Shown here piece by piece: positions 12,244-24,735 of a DNA stretch of 64,000 nt. The stretch comes from Ostrea edulis (lineage: Eukaryota). Location: positions 27,032,001 to 27,096,000 of the forward strand of contig NC_079172.1 of assembly GCF_947568905.1 (NCBI RefSeq). The letters run 5' to 3'. The notes below the pieces were generated by a model that had not been told where the DNA came from, did no database searches, and worked only from the letters and a program-made list of their open reading frames with translations. Every line of letters starts with the position of its first letter. Within the stretch, counting starts at the first letter, position 1. The translations under genes were made by a program, and so were the position numbers.

Positions 12244-12986
12244 ATATTGCTTTTTCTCCAAGGTATTCTTTTTATATTTCGGAAAGCAAAACTTTGCGCA
12301 TTGTTCTCATTAAATTCATTTCGTGTAGAAAAATTATCTCCTTACGAACATGTTACCACCCATGGTTAAAAAATTCAAGTATGATAAATTGCCATGAGAA
12401 CACCAAGAAATTTTCAGGTTATGCCTAAACAGCAAATTGAATTTCATTTTTGAAAGAGAATTTCCTTTCACTATATTCGTAATGGAACATTTGTAGCTTT
12501 TGCATTGGGTAGAAATAAAGACAATGTTACATGTATATATTTGCATAACTTCATTAACCTAGAATTAAAACACTAGAATTAAAACACTAGAATTAAACCA
12601 CATGGTATTATCAAATACGAGTAGCATCTTTATAAAACACAATGAAGTCTAAATTACACCAAATGATTAGTTTTTGGTCTAACATCATTAAAGTTGGACG
12701 TTAATATCGCTTATGTAATATATTCATATAATCTGCATAATTTTTACTTTCAATATCTTTAATTCTGTGTTTTAAACAAGCGGCATATAGATAAAAATGC
12801 TCGCTCATCTGCATGTATAATTTTGGGTTCGTGTCGTACTTAGTATGCGCCGTTGTCTCCCAAATAAAATCAAAAGTGTAGTTGTCCTTTGTAGACATTC
12901 AAAAGGTTGTGCACCCGAATGAAGATTGAGAAGTTGAAGCATCTATTTGTTTTCTATTCAGTAGTCGTAACTCAATTACGTGGTCG

Positions 12987-13076
12987 CAACTCCTCAAAGT
13001 AATATATCCCCTCGCGACGCGAGTCAACTCCTCAAAGTAATATATCCCCTCGCGACACGAGTAAATTCCTCAAAGT
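12987..13076. repeat. 38-bp tandem repeat, about 2.4 copies
   Basis: CAACTCCTCAAAGTAATATATCCCCTCGCGAC(G/A)CGAGT. Confidence 0.85.
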
Positions 13077-14320
13077 GCTCCTCTTCTCTTGTGACCTTGA
13101 GAATGTCTCAGTCTTACCTCGCTCTACGGTTTAGTAGACTGCACGATTGAATTTTTTTTTCCATTAATTAAGTAACCTGGGTTCAGATACAAAAAACGAT
13201 CACAATTACCTTCCAATCAACGCTATAAAAGCTGAGTTTTAATGAACATTTGTGCAACTGATTCCATTTTAAAATTGGTTTGTACTTAATTACGTTTCTC
13301 AACAGAACATCAAAATATATTTCCGATTTATATGCCCAAATGCAACTATATCGTATTATTGTTATTATTTAGTTGTTTATCAATTATACATATTAGGGAC
13401 AAGTGTCGAAATCGTGCAAATTACTCTACCGTAACCAAAAAACCAATAAATCCATTTACGTGTAATGCAGGTAAGAATTCATAACATTTTTGTTATGTAT
13501 ACAGGAAGACCAAAGGACAGCTCGGACAACACACGATGGTGTGCTTATTTTACGTTATGACGGACAAATTCCCCGTGCTTGACAATGCGATACAGACTAA
13601 AGGACCTTGGCTAGTTTGAGTTATAGACAATACCGGCGACTCCCAAAATGACCGGAAATAGTCTACACACCCACCCACGCAATGACGTTCAAAGGGATTT
13701 ATATTGTTTTGTTCTTCGAGAATCCGGGGGTGGGGTGGGGGGGGGAGTTCAATACTATATCAGTGAATATTCATTATTGTACTTTAAATATATCCTTTGT
13801 CTATATAAAGCCAATTTTGTCATTTCTTGTAATTACAATTGATCAATAAACACATGTGTACATTAGTTGCTCTTGACGAATAAACTAATGAGAAAATACT
13901 AGTAAAGTACCCGCAAAACGACATTTTACATTTAAACTTAAAACTGAACCGGGAAATGGATTTTCTGCTGGGTACAATGCTATAAGATAAGTAAATATCG
14001 AACAGGAAATAACAATCAACCTGAAAACTAAATCATCTCCAAACAGATGAGGTATTTAGTTTTCCCTCCCTCCTGAGACGTACATGTAGTTTGATGGCGT
14101 CAAATAATTCTTTTACAATCTTTTAAAGAAAGGAACCTATGCAAATCTTTATGCGAGTAGCATTCAATTTTGATTTTTAAAATGAAGAAATGTGGCTTTA
14201 TTATTGTAAAACACTGTGTGCAATAACAATCTCGGGTGATATGACCAGATTAAGGTTTTATGCAACGTCTTTATAAAAGATATCGACCATTGGTTATGAC
14301 GTCTTCGATGAAAAGCGCAT

Positions 14321-14712
14321 GAAGGTAACAAACACTAATCAATCTCAAAAATCCCATAAAGCATACAAAATTAAGAGTTTGATAAACATGGACCCTGGAT
14401 ACATCAGAGGTGGAATCAGGTATCTAGAAGGAGTAAGCATCTCCTGTTGACCGGTCGCACCTACCGCGAGCCCTCTATTTTGATCAAGTAAACGGAGCTA
14501 TCCGCAGTCAAAATCAGTGTCCCAAGAACGGCCTAACAATCGGTATGAAACACGTCAGACAGCATTTGACCCGATGAGAGGTTGTATTGGCAAACTAGAT
14601 CGTTATAACGACCACAGAATTTGTGAAATGCTGATTTCAAACGAGACTGTGGAAACCCCTTTAACATCAACTTATTTGTCAGTAGCTTGCCTCGATTTAA
14701 AAATATATGCAG
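14321..14712 (-). mobile_element. Penelope-like element 3' fragment
   Basis: ORF 14533-14781 contains LKSAFHKFCGRYNDLVCQYNLSSGQMLSDVFHTDC*. Confidence 0.7.
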
Positions 14713-17133
14713 AAATATCCTAGATGAGTTCAGAAGAATAGGCCCATTGTTACTATCAAGACACCATACCTCCCAAACCACAATTTGGCCGTCGAAATCC
14801 GGCTGAAATATAGTTTACTCGGCTCAAACTCCAAACAGTCATACTGTCCTTGAAGCGTAGGTTTAAGTTTTTAACTTAATTTTGACACTAGACAAACTTA
14901 TGTTAATTAATTGTTTAGATTTATGTAATATATTCAACCTTTTATACACAAATGACATTTATCATGTTGATACATTTGTACTAATATTCATAACAAATGC
15001 ACGATCTTCGACCTCTTAAAAGTTCATAAAATGACTCTGTAAAATTATGAACGGCCACTAGAAGACAAAATCGTACGTATACATATACAAATCCTATTTG
15101 GCATTTAGAACATGTATATATGCAGGTTTAAATTATGAAAATACAAGAAAAATTCTACAAAATCCCCTAATATACACACCGTGTACTTGAATTGTCCCAT
15201 GGCTAAATCAAAAAGTTCACATTCAGAAATGGGCGGAGTGGAAGCACACCTCGGCAGCTGCTCTGCTGTTTACAACATGGGGCGAAGCAAGATCGTCCAG
15301 TACTCCGTAATATAGCGGCAAATTAAGCTATGTTGTTACCTATTCAGAAAGGGTCGGTATTAATTTCTTTGATCAAGCACCTTTCAACTAGAAAATGAAA
15401 TAAATACACCTTTAGAGTACAGAATTAGCATTTCAAAATATAAAGAAGCATTATTACTTAGTATCACTCATTTGGTTAGAAAGAAAACAGATGTATGAAT
15501 TCGTTTATTATACGACACTAACCGTATTTTATTATATCTACCCACAATAAAATAATGAACACGACCTCAAAGGATTTCACAGAAGACCAGAAAATGAGTT
15601 CCTAAATATTACTTGCAACGTAAGAAATGTATTCATCTCGTATACCGCTATTTTCTGTAGAAGATTGTCATATTTTACGGGGTGTGTGTAAATACAAAAA
15701 TTAGAAGTTATCATATTGTAATTTTTGTATTTACAAGCACCCAGTAAATTAAGAAATTCTTAACCATATGACAAAACGAATCATAAAGTGACAACGCTTA
15801 GATGCAAGTCAGCAATGTTGTGGTCTTTCTCTAAGTTCCGTAAGTCGCAGTCATCCACATTTACTTTTCACAGAAATCCTGGTACTCAACAACTGGGAGA
15901 GTTCTTCCCCAATTCTCCGAGAATAAGGCAGAGGCGGCAAGTAATTTGTTATTAATTAATGGAATTTCACCAGTTCATATGAACTGAAGGTCCTCAAGAG
16001 GATATGACAGTCTACTCATAAACAGGGAGGAAATGACACCATTTTGTAATTAACCTGTATTGTAGACCACCAACGCCAATGTGATAAATGTTCGCTGTAC
16101 CAAGATTCGGATCTAGAGCACTATTGAGTACAGATGTATAAGCATTATTAATAGTGGACTTGGGAAATTGCAACCCCACCTCCCTCACGTTTTCATGACG
16201 CAAGCTTGCGATTCTCTTGGTGGACAGAAAAGCGGTGTAACTGTCATATGTTAGATTGTTTTATGGAATAAAATTGATAGACACATTTTAGTTCATATAA
16301 ATCTAATAACTGGATGATATTACAACATACCTCGTATAAATGATTCACAAAATGAGAAACCGTTTAAAGCATTTTTGCATTGTATTTTTAACAGTAATTT
16401 AGAACCATAAAAATTACATTACTCTACCATTAATTAAGCTTAGGGGCCAGCTGTACAGCAATATAGGTACGGAAATATCTTGTACAGAAGCTTTTAATTC
16501 ACAGGCTATGTTAATTGTGACGGGAAGCAATTTCAAAATGATATATGCCTTTCGTTCTATATTTAGCAAATAACATGTATTTGTGATCATATTTAACCAT
16601 CAAGTATACTCGTATTCATGTAAAAAAATAAAAATAAAAAAGGTGGTTTTGGGATAGAATTTCGCGTAATTTAGCTTTCATCAACGCTACTTCCATAATG
16701 AAATAATTTGAAATGCATTTATCCTCTTGATATACTTAGTAATTCCCTTTGAAATGTCTTCATGTTATTGATATGTTCGGAATATCTCTATCTCATTGAT
16801 ACATGTATGTTAATAAAATCTCTATCTCATTGATATGTTCGGAATATCTCTGTCTTATTGATATGTTTATAACATCTCTATCTCATTGATATGTTCGGAA
16901 TATCTCTGTCTTATTGATATGTTTATAAAATCTCCATCTCATTGATATGTTCGTTACGTTATGGTTTATAACATCTCTATCTCATTGATATGTTTATAAT
17001 ATCGTTATCTTATTAATATCTCTGTTTATAAACTCTTATTGCTTCTCTGATGGTCCAAATTGGATTAATAATGTATTTATCCTATTGATGTATTTGGAAT
17101 AGTTCAATGTTGTTGATATATATTTGTAATATC

Positions 17134-17405
17134 GACCGGTCGCGGTAGCGCAGTAGTAAAGCGTTCGCTTCGTACAGCCGAAGGGTCATGCGTTCTCGCG
17201 TCAAATTGTTCCTTCGCCAAACGCTCGGCATCTAGAAGTGAAAATCACGTGTCTTTTGGATTTTCAACCTTCAAAAGGGAGATCCCATGTCGCGGCAGGA
17301 GTTGGCACGTTAAAAAACTCTCACTGTAACGACCTTGAGATGTGGTACCTCACTTGATGACGTGAAATATGAGTGGAATATTCTGAAAGAGACGTGAAAC
17401 AAACA
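17134..17405 (+). mobile_element. tRNA-derived SINE (Meta-domain-like core, (AAAC)n tail)
   Basis: A-box-like GGTAGCGCAGTAGTA head; core CCCATGTCGCGGCAGGAGTTGGCACGTTAAA. Confidence 0.75.
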
Positions 17406-17496
17406 AATTTATTAGATGATTGAATAATTCCTAGCTCTCTAATTGGCTGAGATCGAACAATGTAGAAATCATACTACGTTATGTTTACCTGCACGT

Positions 17497-17600
17497 GACC
17501 TTCCAGGTGAACATAAGGAATTATTTTATCCACATAGGACCAAAAATAGACCTTCCAGGTGAACATAAGGAATTATTTTTTCCACATAGGACCAAAAATA
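17497..17600. repeat. 52-bp tandem duplication
   Basis: GACCTTCCAGGTGAACATAAGGAATTATTTT(A/T)TCCACATAGGACCAAAAATA x2. Confidence 0.9.
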
Positions 17601-17672
17601 GGTTGTTGAAACTTACAATTAGAGCAAAGAACAATCTTGAAGGGTTTTTTAATCATTTAATCATATGATAAA

Positions 17673-17815
17673 ACAATTATTGCTGTTTTTGAGGTCAATA
17701 CGATGATTTGGCCACCTTCGAAGTACAATATTCACCTCGCCCTTCGGGCTCAGTGAATATTGTACTCCTCAGGTGTCTAAATCATCGTATTGACCTCAAA
17801 AACAGCAATAATTGT
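17673..17815. repeat. Near-perfect 143-bp palindrome (foldback MITE)
   Basis: ACAATTATTGCTGTTTTTGAGGTCAATACGATGATTT... with a mirrored reverse complement and a GCCCTTCGGGC cap. Confidence 0.8.
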
Positions 17816-18269
17816 ATAATATCTTATCGAGGTGTTTGGGATGTCTCTATCCTAAAAAATACGCTTGCAACATCTCTATCGTATTGATATTATACATGTA
17901 TTTGGCATCATCTCGATCAATCTAATTGATATGTTCGGAATATCTCTATCTTATCAATATGTTTGTACTATTTTTATCCTATTGATATGTTCGGAATATC
18001 TCTATCTTATTATTATGTTTGTAACATTTTTATCCTATTGATGTATTTCTAATATCTTTATGTTATTAATATGTTCGGAATATATGTATGATATCTCTGT
18101 CGCATTGGTATGCTTGTAATACCACTGTCTATTGATATGTTTGAAATATATCTATTTAATATAAATGGTTGCTCTATCTATATTCCATAACAATGGAAAG
18201 AGAAGAAAACAGCTCGTTAAAATTGTATATCTTTACGTCCCATGTGAAAAAAACAGACTTTTGTAAAAG

Positions 18270-18512
18270 ATGAATATAACGGGTATTGGTCAATCTCATA
18301 AATCCAGTAAACAATATGAAATCGAGAACAGGGTGAACACGGACTCCTGGGAATATCAGAGGTGGGATCAGGTGCCTAGGAGGAGTAAGCATCCCCTGTA
18401 AAGTGTAGACTGTTTGCATCCGCCTAGCTTGAGCCCTTTTGTCTTGATCAGGAGAAGAAATGATCCGCAGTCAAAATCAGTATGTGAAGAAAGGTTAATG
18501 ATTGGTATTAAA
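18270..18512 (-). mobile_element. Penelope-like element 3' UTR fragment
   Basis: GAGGTGGGATCAGGTGCCTAGGAGGAGTAAGCATCCCC core. Confidence 0.65.
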
Positions 18513-18581
18513 CTCATATAGAGACATTACCAGCTTCAGGTAAAACGACAAAACTTATGACCTATGCATGGCCTTGAAAAC

Positions 18582-19785
18582 AGTAAGTAAGTAAGTAATT
18601 TATTTATTATAGTGACATGTGTTTTAAAATACAATATTTTACAACATTTTACAAAGTACATAAATTGTTAAACACCCGGCCCAAACGGACCTATATGTCA
18701 CTTTGAATCAATATATATGTATCATAACATTGTTTATATACATGCGAATGGTGATATAAGATTATCAATTTCTATGTAATTTTTGCTGTCTGATTTTGTA
18801 GGAATTAAATATAAAGTTTGCTGTCTGTCGTGGATAATTATTGATTACGTTTACAAATAAGGAATAATCTAAAATTAAATTTTGGTATTGAGATACACCT
18901 ATTCTGCTGAAGAAATCCTTTCTTAACCTATTATATAAAGAGCAGTGTAACAAAAAATGTTTCTCTATTTCTATTTCATTTTGTTCACACAAAACACATA
19001 TTCTGTCCTTAAATGGTTCGCATTTATATCGACCAGTTTCGACTCTCATGGTAAAACTCCACATCTAAACATGGCCATAGTTGATCTCACGTTTTTGGGG
19101 AGGTCGAATTCCACATATTTCTCAACAGTGTATCGAGTTTTAAAGAGAGAGTAAGTTCTGAGTTTGGGGATATTTTGAATATTTTGGAGCCAATGAACCG
19201 AGGATTGCTGATGTAATGTGGCTTCGGTGGCTTCTATATCGCATACTCTTAAAGTCAAGTAATGTTGAGTCATATCTAATGAATCCATTATGGCTTTAAT
19301 ATGTGCGGCCCAGTTTGACTGACTTGACTGAGCTCGATCCCAGTAAAATACTTTTTTGGTAGTTCGTTCCTCGTCCATCGTCAATATATGGTTCCAAAGG
19401 CGTATCATGTTCAGTTAATGTCGGCAGAATGAGGTTGACCATCCAATTTCTCCTTGGATCGCTAGGATCGGTGTAAAACGATGAACGCCGAGGCTCTGTT
19501 TTGGACCATTTCCACACAGTGATATTTTGTATAACCCCACACTCCACTACAATAATCTAGAATTGGTGCGTCACAATTAATTTTTCATGTTTTAAATCCA
19601 ACGTCTTTCAAAGAATGTATTTTTGAAATTACAGATCCCAATGCACGCCCTCCAGATTTTGCAAGGTTTTCCGCATTCCTTTTGAAGTCAATTTTTTCGT
19701 CAAATATCACTTCAAGATATTTATAAGATGTTTCATATTCCAGATGTTTATCTCCTATCAAACAAACACCTAATGTGATACAGAC
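18582..19785 (-). mobile_element. 5'-truncated non-LTR retrotransposon 3' end (RTE-X/CR1-like C-terminus)
   Basis: Frameshifted KLRTYSLFK...RVETGRY...CVLC-x8-HFLLHC motif; tail AATAAA followed by (TTAC)n at about 18582-18608. Confidence 0.8.
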
Positions 19786-19880
19786 ATCAAGGTCATGTCC
19801 AAAGACCCGTGACTTTCACTTTTAATGCCGGGCGCTTGGCGAAGGAACAGTCACTACGTATGTTAAATGTAGGCTTAACT

Positions 19881-20256
19881 TAGTGATGAAACGATTGTCG
19901 ATCGTTTTTGGCGCTTCGATTCCGATTATCGATTCTATTTTTCATAATCGATTGTCGCTTGTACACTAATTAATATCTAATCTGAGATTCATCTGACTGT
20001 TACTCCCGCTTTTATATCGAGACATGTGCGGGGGAGAGTCAGAGTGGACTCCACATTGAAAATTGGGAATTCAGTGACACCAGCTAGTGTGTATACTGCA
20101 CATATCCATAAAATTAAATAGAAATAACTCCAAAAATAATAAACATTATTAACTACATGTACATGTAATCACCGATTATCTCGATCATTGATCGAAACAG
20201 TTCTTTCGATTATGACCGATTATCGATTATGAAATTTTCCCGATTATTCAACACTA
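19881..20256. mobile_element. hAT-like non-autonomous element inserted into a SINE fragment
   Basis: TAGTG(A/T)TGAA termini and CGATT subterminal repeats; no clean TSD. Confidence 0.45.
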
Positions 20257-21371
20257 GGCCGCCGCTTAAAGTGGATCGATCCTCACGTGATTTCTCAATA
20301 TCCGTTTGTCATTAATCGCATTACAATTACACAATATCAAGCTCAGAGTTGTTTGTTCAGCTAAAGGCTATAGTCCCTTGTCTAATGGTTTTGCTTTTGT
20401 TTTGCATTTTAATAAATACAAATGACCTTTTCTGCAAAGTCGATTTATTTTAATTTGCGACGATTTACTAATTAATTATGTTTTGAACATATTATTGTTT
20501 TGGGTTGTACAAAAGTTCGGTCACACGTTATAAACCACTTTCTGATATCCTGAGTAAAACTATCACATGTATGTAGATGAATAGACACAGCATGAATAGA
20601 TCTCCAACGAGATCTCCTGTAATAACAACCAATTTGTTTTCCAAGTTTCACATTCTTTTAGTTTACATTATATTTGTTCATGTCGAAATACATCAGTTGT
20701 AGACCTATATGTCTATTTGCTCAGTAGTACCTTCTGTCGTCTGCAAAAAAAAAACGTCTGCATGATTTCCAGGCAGATGTAAACAGAAAGAATTTTGTTT
20801 TGGTGAAATATTCATCAAAAGTACATGTTTTACCATTCTTTAGTACTATGAATGTTTTCACTCCATGCATGCGTGTTTAAAGGTATATTTGACACTGCGT
20901 ATATCCACTCATATTTCAAAATAACACATCCATTAAAAACTTTATTAGTCAAACCTTTTTGATGCTTTTCCGACTGTCCTTTATTCATCTTATTCACAAG
21001 ATTGACCAAATTGACTGATTGTGGAAGACACAAAATTCAAAACAATAAAAGATTGATCTGACATGCTGCACCACAAGATGCATACTTGAACAGTGTATTC
21101 ATTATTTAACTTTCTTACGTTCACACAATACATGTAAATCTATATTTGTTTTGAAACGATCATACAAAATATGCGTAAACGCAAACATATGCTCGACATT
21201 TTTGCGCTCGTTTACCTGTATTGTTCATTGTCTTCCGTTCAAATTTCTCACCTTGCCGAGGTGGGAAATTTGTAATATTCGGTCACGATTTATTTACTCA
21301 TTCATACATGTGCGTATTTTGTGTTTACTCGCGGCATGTTTTGAAATGTGTAGGATGACGCTTTCGAGTAG

Positions 21372-21378
21372 TATAAAT
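21372..21378 (+). promoter_or_regulatory. Probable TATA box of paralog C
   Basis: TATAAAT about 80 nt upstream of the ATG at 21453, with an Inr-like TCATAT about 30 nt downstream. Confidence 0.45.
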
Positions 21379-21452
21379 GTCCTCCTGCATCCTTCACAAC
21401 CATCATATTCTTTCAAAACGGTTCTCGAATCGCATCTCTGTAAATTACAAGC

Positions 21453-22485
21453 ATGTCTACATTTAATGTTTGCGTCGCCCTTGCTGTATTCATATCTCAG
21501 ATACACGTATTGGTCTCTGTACCAATCTGGGATCGAGCCAGTCTTGTATGTCAAAATATTAATGGCAAACAGTAAGTATCATATAGAGTCAATTTTAAAA
21601 TCTGAGAAATGTCCTCTTTTTTTTTCTTTTTTCTTTTTTTTTTTTTTTTTTGATAACAACTTTTTTGCAAGAAAAAATTATATTCATCTTTTTTTTTTTT
21701 TTTTTTTTGGTTGAAAAACTGACAGATTTCAATTTCTAAACTGAACAAAAATCCTTTCAATTTCATTTTTGTAAACCGTCAAATTATGCAAAATGTATGC
21801 TCTTGCTTACAAGTTCTTTTGATTTAATTACAATATCATCAACAATTTCGTTTGTACAGTATTTGTTATATTTTAAATTCACGTTACTACATTTTCAGAA
21901 TAATTGATGAAGATTCACATCGTGAGTTATATGTTGACTCTGCATGCTCCTCTGGAGAGGTTGTGTGGCGCATGACCAAAACCCTGGTGACACTGCGCTT
22001 TCAGAAGGCTTCGCCATTCACAGTCTGTTTCAGTAGCAAGGCGCCTGTAGGTTACGAGAAGTTTGGTGTCTACAGCTTCTCGTTGAATAACCTCTTTGTT
22101 GGCAATCCAAATATTGGTACGTTTTTATAAGTCAAACAACAATGACTACTTAAATCACTAAAGCTGAACATTTTATCTTTACTGATACATTGTAGTTCAC
22201 AAATTAACTGACGTAATTATCAGATTCACGGCTTTTTAAATAATAAAAATATGATAATTTTGTATGATTTCATTTGCTGAGTTTTCTTCGTCACATTTTC
22301 TCTTTAAGGCAAACAATATTTTTCTTCATTATTATATGTGCACACGGTATAATTTTCCTTTCTTTCTTTCTCTAGAAACTGACGTCTGTTTGAATTCCGT
22401 CGGAAACGCCTTGGATGTAAACTTACTGTCGCTAGGGAAATACTACGCAATGAAAGCTTACTTCAAAGTCAGATGCCTCTCGTGA
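21453..22485 (+). CDS. Secreted 148-aa 5-Cys protein, paralog C; exons 21453-21571, 21899-22116, 22376-22485
   Basis: Spliced CDS of 447 nt: MSTFNVCVALAVFISQIHVLVS-VPIWDRASLVCQNINGKQIIDEDSHRELYVDSACSSGEVVWRMTKTLVTLRFQKASPFTVCFSSKAPVGYEKFGVYSFSLNNLFVGNPNIETDVCLNSVGNALDVNLLSLGKYYAMKAYFKVRCLS*. Exon lengths 119/218/110, identical to paralog B. Confidence 0.88.
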
Positions 22486-23414
22486 CGTCATTCATAATTA
22501 TAGCTGTTCGAAATCCCTCCAGTGTCCACAATTATTCATTGTGGACGTTCAGCGCTACTGACCAAGTTATCTAGGGCTTGGTGTAAATACAGACTGTAGT
22601 AGAAATGCGCAGTGATGCTTGAAATTACCATATACGGCTTCTAGATAGATTCACCATAAGAGCGATTGACGTTGCTCGTTGCAGACCCGGTGCTCAACAC
22701 AGTAATATATTGCGAAAGTCGCTGTGAATAGTTCCATGCATAAAAACATCTAAAATAGTTGTAGTGTACATAGAAACTGCTTTTCGCCATATTATTGTTC
22801 AATTGTTGCTGTCATTGTGTTACGGAATTTAACTTCCGTTTTGTAAACATGTGCACAGTATCGTATCAATTTGTAGATTTAATCTGCATTTCCACCAATT
22901 ACAAATTGAATAATTCAATTACTCAGACTTTATTGTATTTAGTACATGGGGAAATATCATTGATGCAATGCATGAGGATAGACAAACGGATCCTTGCATT
23001 ATGCCATTTAAGCGGAGAAAACACCGATCGCGCTTTCTCCATCTTGACAAAATACTTCTTTTTCAATCCCTCCTTTGCCCAAAATGAACAAATCAATGAG
23101 AGTATTGCACGGAAGCTTGAAATCATCATTATACGCTGGAGTTTAATAATAGGCATAAGGGCAGTTAAGATCATGTACATATAATTTGATTTAATTTTGT
23201 CTGCATCAGGGACCTATATAGTATATAGGTCCCTGGCTGCATATAGAATTCTGACAAATATATTGAGTTGATAATTATAATTTTACGAAATTTCTTAAAA
23301 TCTGCTTGCAATAAACATTGCAAAGTTCGTGGCATGTTTTTTATATTATTTTTTTAGGGAGAGGGGATAAATGAAAAAAGTTTAATTTTTATTAAAAGAA
23401 GGTATTTGTAACAT

Positions 23415-23842
23415 GCATGAAAGTTGAGGTTAACGAACAGTGAACAAACTCATAACTCCTATAAGCAATACAAAATAGAGAGTTGGGCAAACACGCTCCC
23501 CTGGACACACCAGAGGTGGGATCAGGTGTCTAGGAGGAGTAAGGATCCCCAGTCAGCCAGTCACACCCGCCATGAGCCCTATATCTTGATCAGGTAAACG
23601 GATTTATCCGTGGTCCAAATCAGTGTGCCAAGAACGGTTTAACAATCGGTATGAAACACGTCAGACAGCATTTGACCCAATATTAGGTTGTATTAGCAAA
23701 CTATATCGTTATAACGACCAACGAATTTACGAAATGCTGACTTTAAACAAGAGTGTTGAAACCCCTGTACCATCAACTTGTTTGTCAGTAGCTTGTCTCG
23801 ATTTAAAAACTGATCATACGCAGAACACACTCTTACGTATCG
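23415..23842 (-). mobile_element. Penelope-like element 3' fragment
   Basis: YARARYVRVCSAYDQFLNRDKLLTNKLM...GRYND plus the shared 3' UTR. Confidence 0.7.
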
Positions 23843-24199
23843 TGCTCTTGCATATTCAAAACAGTCAACGAAGTAAAGTATTACATGTAGTAATTTATTG
23901 TCAAAGTCTGACACTGGTACAAGAGGTTCATTGGCGTCCACAACACTCACCTGAGTCACCTTGAGCCCGCTGTTCTTAAGAGGGGGATTTTTAAAGAGTT
24001 TTACCCTCTTTAATCTCTTATTTTGACCCCAATCTAGCCGTGTGGGATTGTGTTTTAACTGAACTAACCTTAATCCCATGACAAATGTTGACATCATTTT
24101 ATGACATGGGGGTGCCTCAAAATCAAAATAGTTAACATGACTTCGCTGTTCTGGAGAAGAATTCCCCCTATATTCACGTTATTACTTAGAATTTTATCC

Positions 24200-24735
24200 C
24201 TGATTTCAGCTCCACCCTAACCCCCAGGGTCCATAAAAAATCCTAGATTTGGAGCATTTGCATATTGATATGATTTAGTGTGACCCTGTATTTTTTTTTC
24301 AAATTTCCTATATACGATTCCAATGTAAAACTTATTTCCTATTTAAACCAACCTTAGTCAAATATGAATCTGAATGCTTGCAAATTAATGCATGTATATC
24401 TTATCAGTAGGCCTAGTCCTTAAGAAAAATTTAAAGATTACATATATTTCAACGTACAACTTTTATCCCTCATCCTACCCCCGGGCCATGATTTGATTGA
24501 TTGATTGTATATTGTTTTACGTCCCTCTCGAGAATATTTCACTAATATGGAGACGTCACCTTTGTTGGTGAAGGGCTGCAGAATTTCGGCCTATGCTCGG
24601 CGCTTACGGCCTTTGAGTAGGGAGGGACCTCGGTTTTTGGAACATACTTCGAAAGTGTGTAAAGTTTACGGACAGACGGACGGACAACAGGTGTTCAGAA
24701 AAGCTCACTTGAGATTCTAGCTCAGGTGAGCTAAA
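24200..24735 (+). mobile_element. Helentron-like fragment carrying a SINE
   Basis: GGACAGACGGACGGACAACAGG...AGCTCAGGTGAGCTAAAA end. Confidence 0.55.
24487..24637 (-). mobile_element. 3' half of the 6393-type SINE
   Basis: (GATT)n tail and reverse match to 6540-6650. Confidence 0.7.

Larger units (their letters stand above)
16744..18160. repeat. Degenerate ~28-bp tandem array (CTCTATCTCATTGATATGTTCGGAATAT) split by insertions
   Basis: Repeats at 16744-17130 and 17820-18160. Confidence 0.75.

Noticed and set aside
12701-12898. 65-aa protein-like minus ORF (MSTKDNYTFDFIWE...)
   Set aside because: Stop immediately upstream, no splice partners and no recognisable motif.
16648-16660. TGG GAT AGA (WDR) as a possible fourth exon 1
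   Set aside because: No upstream hydrophobic leader, no Cys and no donor.
17134-17210. tRNA genes (also 32118-32207)
   Set aside because: Cloverleaves are incomplete and followed by SINE body or tail, so they are treated as SINE heads.
21151-21714. 187-aa plus ORF and the Cys-containing minus ORF 21294-21554
   Set aside because: Both overlap paralog C exon 1 and its promoter in other frames; the 187-aa ORF runs into poly-T. The WDRA frame is the one supported by paralogy.
22795-23184. Overlapping 129-aa plus and 85-aa minus ORFs downstream of paralog C
   Set aside because: No motifs, a non-ATG start for the longer one and no splice support; probably repeat-derived.
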